From Vicugna vicugna (Eukaryota): a DNA stretch of 64,000 nt. Below, in pieces: positions 14,390 to 25,630 of this stretch (position 1 is its first letter; each line of letters starts with the position of its first letter). Position numbers and translations under genes: made by a program. The stretch is taken from NCBI GenBank assembly GCA_013265495.1, contig MU062035.1:2976001-3040000 (forward strand), in the 5' to 3' direction. The notes under the pieces were generated by a model. That model did not search any database. It had not been told where the DNA came from and saw nothing but the letters and a program-made list of their open reading frames with translations.

Positions 14390-14510
14390 ACGGGCTTAGG
14401 AGTCCCAAAGATAATACAAGTTTGAGCAGCCACTTACTCTAGCATGGTGGTCTCTGGCAAGAGAACTAATAAACCTCTCTGGGCTTCATGTTCCTTCCAA
14501 ACAAAGGATC
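14390..14510 (+). mobile_element. MIR fragment
   Basis: cagccacttactctagc...ggcaag...aaacctctctgggcttcatgttcc. Confidence 0.55.
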
Positions 14511-15339
14511 CAGCTAAGTGTGTGACAGAGACACCCCAAAGGGGTCATTACTGTTCGATATGCCTAACTTTTGGGATGGCTACTTTACAGGAGAGATAAA
14601 GAGGAACAAACAGAGCCCCGGCGCTCCAGACTGCTCCCACGGAGAGCAGACATCCATGCGCTCTAACCCAGAACACTCCAGGGCTCCTGATGGCCTATCA
14701 GAGCAACCTGGAGCAACACTGCAGCCAGAGATGAAGGGCTAAGCTTGGGGTGGAGCTTCCTCCTCAGGCCTGAAGCCACACGGAAAAATTCCTCATTCAG
14801 ATCAAGTGCAAGAAAAGGGCAGAGGAGCAAAGAAAATCAGGCGAGGACCCCAAATTCAAGACCACCAAGGCAGCGAGCGGCCGTGAGCACAGGCCGAGGA
14901 GCTCAGAAAGCAAAGGCGGACAGACCACCAAGCTGACCTGCCCGTCTCACATTCCGCCGATGACCAGCTAAAACTCGGAAAGACCTCATCTCTGGTGGCT
15001 AGCACATCCTTTACCAGAAAGTCGGTGGCCTCTCTGACCCCAATTAACCCCACATCCCTGGTGCGGCAGGCACCTCCGGGACCCTCAAGGAGGGTGGGAG
15101 CTGGCGGCCTCGGGACTCAGGCCGGCACGGGCCCCATCCCCGAGCCCCCAGTTACTGGCTCTGCGGACACGTTTATCTGCCCAACAGCTGCGTATCACAG
15201 GTACCAGCTGTGTGAACTGGGCCTTGGCTTCTTCATAAAACAAGGATACTATCTACTTTATAGGACTCTTGAGAGACAAAAGCAAAGCAGGGCAGTAGAT
15301 ACCTGACCAAAGATTATTCTTAATTTTAATAACAAAAGA

Positions 15340-15510
15340 AGAACTAAAATAAACATATGTGAATTACATCTCAATCAAGCTGTTATGTAATAAAAAAAAT
15401 ACACATGGTAAATGTTAATATTTACAGAATGTATGTGAAGGGTATAGAGGAATTCTTTGTAATCTTTTTTGGATAATTTTGCTGTAAATCTGAAACTCTT
15501 TCAAACCAGT
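15340..15510 (+). mobile_element. Two adjacent old L1 (L1M-type) 3' end fragments
   Basis: atgtgaattacatctcaatcaagctgtt+A-run, then gtgaagggtatagaggaattctttgta...ctgtaaatctgaaactctttc. Confidence 0.65.
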
Positions 15511-18500
15511 AAGTTTCTGTACAAAGGTCAGTACATGGATACACCAAGGGGTAAGAAGAGGTGATCAGATCGAGGAAGTAGTGCCTGCTTTGTGAGCCGC
15601 AGGGCACCGTGACTGCTCATCCTCCTGCTCGAACGCACTGCGGGGCCCCCTGGGTGCCCGAGGGTCCACACCCTGGCTACCCTCGCCCCCTCCCCACCAG
15701 GACTCCTCAGGGAGACTGTGCCCACTCCTCCCTCCCACACCAGCCACTGTGACAAAGCCGGCAAATGCAATTCACAGCTCTGCCTCCCCTGGCAAGTGGG
15801 CCTGGAAGGCAGCTGAGGGCTGGAGGATGGATGAGGTGCCAGCCGGGGTCTGAATGTCTGTGAAAAGGTTGAGGGTGGGGAGGACCCTGGCTCCGGCACA
15901 GCACGGGGCAGAACTGTGAGAGATAAAGCCCGAGAGGATGAAGAGACACACCTGTGGGGGCCCAGAGCCCGGTGCCACCCCAGGTGACCTCCAGAGACTG
16001 CCAACGCAGGGCACTCAAGGATCCCCGCTCAGGGAGACTCTTTCTCTTGCCCTAAATCTCTCTCCAAACCCCAAGCAGATAAGCGTCTTGGTTCAGAGCC
16101 TGAGGCCCCATCTCCTTCCAGAGGGCCATCCTGGTCCAGCCCAGCCCTGTAGGGAGCCAGACACACATGGGCAGTCCTGGCGCACTCCTGAGACACGTGG
16201 AGACGCATCGGTCACCCGGAGACTCAGGGGAGAGGGCAGCATGGGCTCTGGGAACCCTTCTGCTTACTCTCCTGGCCCTTGGCGACCCCTCAGCTCACGA
16301 CTCAGCAGGAGGCACACACAGTGGCGCTGCAGCGAAAGAGCAACCCAGGCAGACCTGCCCATCCCCGTCCTGTCGCTGACAGAGGGCTGGTTTCCAACAC
16401 ACACTTTTCCTTTCTAGTCTGCTTGCAGGGAGAGCAACCCCACATCAAAAGGGAAAAAACAACAACTTTTTAAAATGTGGCTTTTCTTGTGTTGGCCAAG
16501 AGGATGGGCCGAACATTCCTCTCTTCCGCTGGTGGTCCTGGAGTGAAGGCGTGGAGCCCCGCAGGCATGTCCATCCTTCCGCCCCTCACAGCCTGCAGTC
16601 AAGCGCCTCCCAAACCGAAGTGTGGTTCTTGTCAGAGGCTCACCACCCTGTGATACGGGACTCAGGGATTAGCAGGTCAGGCTGCCCAGGAAGGGAACTA
16701 GCAGAGAGCTTGGTGGCTCAACAGCCCTTGTCGACACCACCCGGTGACCAGTTCAAAAGCACCAGGTGGCCTGTGCTTGAGCCCCTCAGTCCGTTCCTTT
16801 GGATTTCTCTTTTCTTGCAGAAAAGTAAAACAACACATTATCGTTTTATAAGGCAAACCGGCTGTTTCTCCTCCAACGTCCCACCCTGTGGCCTGGCTCC
16901 CACTCTGGGCAGCTTCTCCCCAGCATCCTCAGCTTCCCCTGTGCGCCACACTGACCAGGGTCCAAAGTTACAAAATGTTGGAGACAGAGAAGGTAAAAAT
17001 GCAAGCTCGATTCTGGCCTCCGTGTGGGTTACTACTCTTTCCCCCCCATATTAAAATTTTTATTACAAGAACATTATTTTTTTTAAAAAAGGAAACTTAA
17101 AAATTTAGCCCGTAACTCCATAAATCAACTTATCCCATAAATCTGATTTTTCCAAATTCCCTTCCAGTCTCTGTCCAGATGCTCACTTTTTATGTAACTG
17201 TAAACACAGCAGCGGGATTGCGCTGGGTTCAGCTTTTTTGCACTTGGCATGGAACGGTGAGCACCTTTCCTCGGGGACACATGATCTCCGTAATTGTTTT
17301 CAATAGTGGGGATAGTACTCCACCGGGTAGCATCCTCATTTACAGGCGATTTGACTCAATAAAAAAATGAGAGCAGCAGCACCAGAGGTGACGCGGCCCA
17401 TCTGCACACTGCGCGCCCACTTGCAGCGGGGCGGCGAGGCGAGGCGGACGTGCCAAAATGGCCCTGACACAATTCAAGAGTGGCCTCGCATTCCATTTCC
17501 CTAAAGGGATCTCCGGGGACTTGAGCGGCTGCAAGTCTCAACCTGATGTCCCAAGACAAAGGGAGCAGAGGAGGGAGTGAACAGAAAGGGCCGACCCAGA
17601 ATTGCCCAGAATCTCCAGCCTCGGCTACGTGCCTGGCCGGTGGCGAGGGGGCTGCGGGGCACACAGACAGCACCGTCCCCTGGTTTATGGCTCGGCTCTG
17701 CGCGTGAAGAATTAATTAAAGAGGGACCTCAACAAGTTTTTGAAAATTTATTCTTACCTACTGTACTTTGATCATAATGACATGAAACAGGAAAAAAAAT
17801 AATTTTTATGTGGTTCACATTTATGAGCTTTTACATAAAGGCTTTTGTGGGTATTTTAAGAATGTGCTAAAATGTTGTCTGAAACCACATAAAGCCATCT
17901 GAGGAGTTGCCCGCCAGAACTAACAGCACACACATGGAAGCACTTTAACTGGCCTTTGTATATTTAATGAGTCAAATAGTATTAATATTGTTTAAATGCT
18001 AACATGGTATTTCAATAAGGTGGCCATGCCATTGCCGGTGATTCGCTCCTGGGACGTGAACGAAGGCTCAAGAGTGGCCCAGAGCTTGGAGCAGGCTGCC
18101 CAGGGGTCTAACCAGCCCCATCCACACTCTGCCCCGCTTCATCGGGGAGGGAGGGAAGATGGTCCCAGGACCACTGCCACAGCCCAGCTGGGCAGGGCTC
18201 AGGAGGGAAGGCCCAGGGGTCTCTGGTAAAGTGGGCAGCTCAGGGGACAGCTTTAAAACATGGACACCCAAAGATGAAACCCTTAGGCTTTTTCTTAGGC
18301 CTCAGTACTTCAAGAAATGCAGGGCTGAAATTCATATATATGGTGAAGAGTGAGTGACCTGTTAGCCACAGGGAAAACCAGGGGACACTACAGAGAAGCC
18401 ACCTTGGAAAGTCTTGAACCGGGAAGGAGTGGGGCCTTTGAGAACTCCAGGAATGCCAGGAGTAGGGGAAACAACAGACCAACCTGGGAACAACTGGAGG

Positions 18501-19809
18501 AAAATGCTGAGCTGGGGTCTGCCCAAGAGTGAGACCCTTCAGCAAAGTGCCATCGGCTCCACAGTCCTGGTGGCTTTCGAGACCTTCCCAGCAGAGATGG
18601 ACATTTTCTAAGACAAACGGAGCTGGGACCAAGGAGGAGGGGCCACTCAGGCTGGCTCTGTAAGTCCCACCATTTGGAAAACAGTATGTCAACGACACCT
18701 GGCAGGTCCCGGTTTCGTAAATTTCAAAAGACGGGCTCGCCAGGGGCCTCAGCAAGCCCCTCGGGTGGGGCCGGCTATGCACCTGCAGAGCCAGTGACGA
18801 TCAAGGGTCTGGGGGAGCGGCCCTACCTCAGGCAGGTCGCTGAGCTGGGATCGACAAAAATCCCGTGGTGTCAAGGACTCCCCTCTCCTCAGAGACCTCC
18901 GTCGTCTCCCCCTGAAAAGCACCCCTCACCTGACCAACGTCAGAGTCACACATACAGAGTCTACGTCTGTCACTCTCCCCCCGAAGGACTTCTGGGGAGG
19001 AGGAGAAAATAGGGGAACACAGAACTTCACACTCAAAATGACTGACTTCACAAAAGAAAGAAAAAAACCTGTTTCTGCTCCCAAAGCTTTATGGAGTGTC
19101 TGAGGCTGAGGCTTGTGTGGACCAGGATGGAAACTTTGTTTCAGAGATCGGGGCTGTAACCAGGCGTGGCCGACGCTGGGCTGCAAATGTTAACAGGGAA
19201 GGTGGGACTAGATGTGGCTTGAGGTTGGCCCTCACTCCTTCCTGTCAAGTCGCCTCCTGGGAGAGTAGCTAGACTCGTGGTTCTAAGACAGAGGCCCTGA
19301 CAGGTTAAAATGAGTCACACGCCATGACCCCCAAGAACCACAGCCAGCACAGATCTGCTGGGAGCAAGCCCTTCTCAGTGACGGTCACTTAGACGTGGTC
19401 CTGTAGCCATTAAGTGGGCTGAGCCGCCTTCCCAGGACTGGCCAGGAGACTGGAGCAGACGCGATCTCTGGCAGTGCAATGACACCTGCAATACTGGGGC
19501 ACAGACGAGGGGCCCCAGATGCAGACAAGTCAGGGCAGTGGGGGAGATATCACAAAGCAAGGGCCCTAGATGCTGCAGTGTGAGAGCTTCAGCAGTCAGT
19601 GTCGTTAAATAAAGCAGAGAGAAAGACAAGGAATATTTCTTTGGCACCAGAGTGGTTTTCTCATCTGTGAGATTAAAGAGCTGGACCCGAGGTTCAGCAG
19701 GCTCCCTCCCAGCCCTGACACTCCCGGATTTGGTGCCTGCACGAGGGCTGGTATGAGGCAGACTCTGAGCACCACAGTGCAGATTCCTAACCTTTTGATC
19801 AGGCTGATC

Positions 19810-19920
19810 AAAGTTCTGCTTACAGACCTCCAGTGACAGGGAACTCACTACATTCCCAAGGAAAACATCTCCACTTTGACCAATTCAAATAGTTCTCTCT
19901 GGGCCCGAGAGAAAACTTCT
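19810..19920 (-). mobile_element. CR1/L3 fragment
   Basis: cctccagtgacagggaactcactacattcccaagg is the typical antisense CR1 ORF2 C-terminal motif. Confidence 0.65.
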
Positions 19921-19979
19921 ACCTACTGCCTTCAGGAATCACGTAAAACTAGAATGTAATGCCCCTTCCTCATGTGGTC

Positions 19980-20169
19980 TTTTTTTTTTTTTAATTGAAG
20001 TATGGTTGAGTTACAATATTGTGTTAGTTTCAGGTATACAGCAAAATGATTCAGTTACACGTATATTTTTCAGATTATTTTCCTTTATAGGTTATCACAC
20101 CATACTGATACAGTTCCCTGTGTTGTATGTTACACAGTAAATCCTTGTTGCTTATCTATTTTACATAGT
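19980..20169 (-). mobile_element. L1 extreme 3' end with poly(A), sense to CAPZB
   Basis: T-run followed by aattgaagtatggttgagttacaatattgtgttagtttcaggtatacagcaaaatgattcagtta...cagttccctgtg...cttgttgcttatctattttacatagt. Confidence 0.9.
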
Positions 20170-20706
20170 CCTTTCAAATATGTAAAGATGGTTTACGAAC
20201 TCTTGTCTGGCATTCCTGTCCTTACAATTAATCTACCTAAGACATGAATTTAAGGTCCCGTACCTTGGTTATGCTCCTCCTCAAGGGAATGAGAGCAGAA
20301 GTCAATGCCCCGACTGCACATCAACCCCTGAGCAGCACAGCCAAGCACGTCGCTGGGAGCCGAGGCCACTTCTCCATCCAGAGGTGCAAACCACACCTCA
20401 CTCATACTGACACGTACCGAGCTCGCAGTCATCTCAGACAAAGTATTTCTTCTTATGTGTTGTCATGAAATTGTCTCCCACATCCTATACTTTTGGGAAC
20501 TTGGTATACTGGACCTGAGAATACTACTTTCCACTCAAATCTGTTCTGTTTAAGTCTCACAGACATGGCTGTACCATTTCAATCTATCTTTCGGGATTCT
20601 GAATCTACTGCCATCCGTGCCCTAGCCAAACCACCCTTCCTTGGAGGTCTTTACCTCCAAGGGAATATATGGTGTATATGGGAATATACATCAAAGTCGG
20701 TGCGAT

Positions 20707-20716
20707 CCAAATAAGG
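20707..20716. promoter_or_regulatory. Consensus CArG box CCAAATAAGG (candidate SRF site; function unproven)
   Basis: Exact CC(A/T)6GG in apparently non-repeat DNA with palindromic GAT...ATC flanks. Confidence 0.35.
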
Positions 20717-22848
20717 ATCCAGCCAAGCTCCAAGCTGTGTGCACCAGTTCTCTGAGCCAATTCCGAGACTTTCCAGAAAGATCAGTGTCGGCTGCAGGAA
20801 AGACTCTGGGGAGATGGATGGTCAGCTTGGAAGGACGGCTACGGTCTGGACACTCCTGTCAAACCGCGGACAGTGCGAAAGTGGGAACGCCCAGTCTTGA
20901 TTCTGCCCGAAGAGAAGGAGCCGGTTAGGGGAGGTGGGAAAGACAAGGGAACACAGGAAGTGGGCTTCGCTGAAATGCCAAATGCAGGGTTCAGACTGAA
21001 AAATTTTTAAATGTCAGTGCAATCAAAACAAATGATCCCTCCACAATCCACTGCCAAGCTAGGAACACTGGACCTGGGAGAGGATGAGAGCCGTAGGAGT
21101 CTATGATATCTCACTCCCCTACTCTGTGTCCCTCTGTGACATACGTGGTCTCATTAAAGAGAAGCAAGACCTGGAATAAACAGTCACGAGGGACACTCTT
21201 CACTGTGACCGGCTGGCGCTTGGTCACAACAGTAAGGAGGAGGTCACGTGGGTGCTCATTCAAACAGAAGCTCCCGTGCTTACGGCTGATTTTAAGGCAA
21301 AGACGGGACAATAAAACCCAGAGGCAGAGCCATTCTACTTTCAGCTGAGGTTCTGTCCCCAATCTCTTTTTGTTTCCTCCCAGCCTGAAAAAGAAAATAA
21401 AATCCCCAGCTACCAGTAGTTTGTTTTTCTGATCATCCTTAACATCCTTCAGACATTAAAAGGCACCTGGCACCCACAAGTGGGAACAATTCAACTCCAC
21501 CCCAGGAAAAAAGAAAACTCTCCAATTGGCTTGGAGGAGCATCTAAAACCTGGCCTCCCTGTTCGCGGTACAGACCAACATTCTCTTTTTGTAGGCTCCA
21601 GGCTGGCCATCAAGAAGCTAAGTGTATCCCGTCCGACAGGACATGGGTGCTGCCCCGTGGGGACAGCTTCTGGGAAGCCCATGGGAGCTACAGAAGGCAG
21701 GCTGACAGCCCAAATCACGAGGGCTTGGAAAACATGGGTTCTCCTCCCCACACTGGTGTACCAGCCTCCCCTTCAAGCCGCATCTGTAAAACCACTGAGG
21801 GGAGGCTCCAGGAAGAGCAGAGGAAATGGCGGAGCCTGGCACGGAGCAAGCGCACAGCCACCAGAGGCTGCGAGGTGGTGTCATAAGGCCGTCTCTGGGC
21901 TGAGAAGGGGAGATCTCCCTTCTCCTGACTTTGCCGTGTTCTCAGCTGCCAACAGAACAAGGTCCTGCGTGCTCTGTGAGCGCGGTCCCATACCCTCAGC
22001 CCTGGGGGCGAGAGTGGGCTCTGGGCAAAACGGAGAATGAGAGCAAGGCCTCGCTGTGGGCTGGCCACGCCCAGATCTGACACTGATGCCACATCACCCT
22101 TATCTGTGTGTTGGGACCAGCTGTTTCCACCACGGTTTTCGGAATGAGTCCCAGAGTCTGCCACAGCCATGGGACAGGTATTCTCAGAAATTCCATCCAG
22201 CACACACAGGTGCAACAATTCCAGAGCAAACATACCAATTGGCTTAGGCATGTGCGACTTTAATGCCAGTTGCACTTAGAAGTGCACATCTGGACGGCGG
22301 CTGCACTTTACAGCCTCTCTTTACAAGGTTTTTGTTTTTTTACTTCAAGAGGAATAATGAAGGCCTCTCTGGAAACAATGGTGCTGCTGCAGGGGCTGCC
22401 AAGCTAGCTTGGGATTAGACCCAACCGTCCTCACCTCGCACCTCTGAAGCATCCTCTGCCTCTCTGACTACCCAGGGAAATGCTGCGACCCTGCTTAGAC
22501 CACCTCAGGACAACGTGGATGGTCAAGGTCTTCTGGAGTTTCAAAGTCATCACCATCGTCCAAGAGCTGCCATTTTTGAGAACCCAGTTTGTATCGAGGC
22601 TTTGCTATGTTATTTTACAGTTAAGATCGTGCAAACCCAGAGAGAGAAAGGAATGCACCCGAGTTACAAAGGTGAGAAATGGGGTGCTGGCTGCCCCAGA
22701 GCCATGTCCTGTTCCCATTCCAGGCTGCCTGCCATCTTGAGACCCCCCCAGCTGTGGTTGGGGGTACCATAGGGAATGCAGGTGGGTAGGCTAGGCCTCA
22801 GGGGGCCCTGGTTCAGCCTGTGGGGTTAAATTTAGGTAAGTTCTCTCT

Positions 22849-22873
22849 CACACACACACACACACACGCACAC
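22849..22873. repeat. (CA)n microsatellite
   Basis: About 9 perfect CA units, then an interrupted tail. Confidence 0.95.
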
Positions 22874-25317
22874 CCCCACCACCACCACACCACTGTACAC
22901 AATGCTGCCTCAAGGTGGAGGAGAATGTCTGGGAAGGAAGGAAGGGGTGCACTGAGTGGCCAGGAGTCTGGGGCAAACACCAGGCACCCTATATCGGGAA
23001 TTCTGGAAAGGAGGGTCCTCCACCTCAAGGAAGCAGCAGGGGCCTGCTGGCTGGACCTTTTTAAGACCACCCATCCTTGATACTTCCACCCAGCAGCATC
23101 CCAGGAGCACAGGGTGCCTGGCAGGACGAGGGAGCTCCACCACCGGAGGGAGCTGGTCCTCCCTTCACCCCGACACGTGGAATCACACAACCCCAAGTGT
23201 GACTGTGTGCCATGTGGGGACAGAAACCCAAGAATTCTGGAGGAACCAGAGTCCCTGATGCTGACTCAGGAGATCCTGTTTGTAAATGAACTTGTTTTCC
23301 TCACACTCCTATTTTCCATTTAACTTTCTTCCAGCAGATGAGACGCAGACAGTGCACGCCAGGACAACCGAACCCTGGGTGCAAACTTAGGATGCCAGGC
23401 AAAGGGGACCAACATGGACGCTCCTGTCACTGCCCTCCAGGCTGGGGGGCAACAGGCAGCTTGTCTGGACCCCCTCTTCACGGGCTCTAGAAACTGCAGC
23501 AGACAACCCTGCTTCAGAGCAGGGCTCATGGAAGAGCTGAAACTTACAGCTTGGGTTGAGCAGGAAGAAACTCATCCGACTTCCCGGACAATGGACCGGG
23601 CTTCTTTCGACGCGCCTCCCACTTAATCAAAACAGCGCAGCTGAGGTGACCCGGGGTCTCTCCATCAGCTACTCCCAGCACTCTCACGCCAGCCCAAGAC
23701 TGTGGCAGCTGAAGGCCCAGGGCAGACAGGGAAGGGTCTCAGAGGCCCTCTGTACGCATGGCTGAAGATACAAGTAATATATGTGGAAACCCAAACACTA
23801 ATTACACTGCCGACAAGCTGGACGCCAGACACGACTTCCCAGCCTTTACCCTGCTGTCCCCAGAGCACAGGATGTGTAGCAAGTGGTGCCTGGGGCAGGA
23901 TCCTGCAGGAGTCCCTTGGATGTGGAAGAGGCCCTCCACCTCTGGGCAAGGGCACCATGAGCCACCCAGACCCACCTGAAGGGGCAGGCGGTGGGGGCAG
24001 ATAAGCCGGACCAGACGGTCCAGGTTTCACCCACTCCCGAACTCTCCTGAACAATTCTGTTACCTTCCACACGCCCAGCTCAGCATTTCCACCCACTTCC
24101 CAGTGGGGTTCCGACTCCTGAAACCAGAGGTAACTTGGTCTGGCTGTTTGTGGTGGTGGACACACTGGGTAACCCCAAACAAGTCCCGCTCAGCCACAGC
24201 AGAGGGAGGGTACTTAGGAAGTAGCCAGACTAAGAGAAGTCCAGTCAGGGTCTTTTACTCCCGGCCCCTCCGATCTAGCCTCCAAACGGCTCACGGAGGA
24301 GCTCCTTAGGATGTGTGTCAGAGCTTCCTGTGTCCCCTGGGACCCTTCAGACCCCTCCCGACGCGCCGAGGACGACACCAAGCCCACGCCTGACAAGGGC
24401 CTGTGCGCTGCTCCCCACCGCCCACGTCCTGCTTGGCCTTCACTCAACAGCCACACAGCTCAGAGGGCCACCTCCACTGCCCCTCCGCGCCAGGGTACAT
24501 GGCCCGGCCCGGCTCCCCAAGACCACCCGCAGTTTCACAATTGCAGTGGAAGGAGACAGGGCAGAAGCAGCCCAGGGAACCAGGCGTGAACTTCCAGGAG
24601 CCCTCCCAGTGGAGTCACACAAGGCCTAATTCCGCCACCAATGCGCCATGACCGCATGTAAGGTGCTGTCTCCACGGAAGCTCCTTGGAGGCCGCGTGCC
24701 CAGGGACCGCACTGGCGAGCACCCTCTACCTTGCACACAGCAGGGTTCCAGACTCCAGAAGGGAGGGTGGAGTTCAGCATAAACCATAGCGTTTGCATGA
24801 ACAGCTTACACATTGTGACCATTCCTAATCAGGGAATGGAAGGAAATGGCCAAAATCTCAGTTCCCAGATGCCCAAGGAACAACCCTGCAAGGACAGCGG
24901 TCCCAGGTCCGCTCAGATAATGCTATTCCAAGCAGGGGCAAGCTCACCACAGACAACCCACGGTCCCTCCCCCAGCCACCACTGCCGACACTCTTCCCTA
25001 CCCTAGTGCCTGGCTTTTGGTCCTTCACAGCACTTGTCACGTTGTGCAAGTCTTTTGCTCATATGTTTGCACCTCATCACCCCATTAAGCCCCATGAGGG
25101 CAGGGGCCCCGCCTGACCCGCCCCCACAACGCCCCCAGTGCTCAGAGCACAGCCGGGCCTCAGGAAGTATTTGTGGGTGGATCATAAAAAAGTCCTCTCT
25201 CCTGTCACCAGAGGTGGGAACAACTTCACTTCACTTTTGGAACAGACTTACTCAAGGTCTCCCTGTAGTCTAGTGGCAGAGCCCCGACCAGAACCTGATG
25301 CCTCCTAACATGGCTGG

Positions 25318-25325
25318 TGACGTCA
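25318..25325. promoter_or_regulatory. Full CRE palindrome TGACGTCA (candidate; function unproven)
   Basis: Exact 8-mer. Confidence 0.25.
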
Positions 25326-25529
25326 CACAGCCTGCTGTCTCCCCACTTAGGCACCAGAGCCACCCCACGGCCGCAAGCATAAATGCTCCGAACATAAGAC
25401 ATCCACACAGGTGACTGCTGCAAAAGCAGAATTCTGTTATGCGTGAAGGTCGAATGGACAGCATGGTGCAAGGTGAGCCTCAGGAACAGACCTCACCAAC
25501 TGCCCCCTCGACCCCTTGGATGGGCAGTG

Positions 25530-25630
25530 GTACCCTGCCAATAAATAAGGAGACAGAGGCTCAGAAAAGTCAACCGACTTGCTCATAGTCTGTGAGTAAT
25601 GACAGAACAGAGAATCAAGACCAAGTCTCT
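25530..25630 (-). mobile_element. MIR fragment
   Basis: aataaggagacagaggctcagaaaagtcaaccgacttgctcatagtc. Confidence 0.6.

Noticed and set aside
20082-20091. CArG box CCTTTATAGG
   Set aside because: Lies in the L1 3' UTR, where a similar motif is part of the element itself as I recall the consensus; no independent evidence of function.
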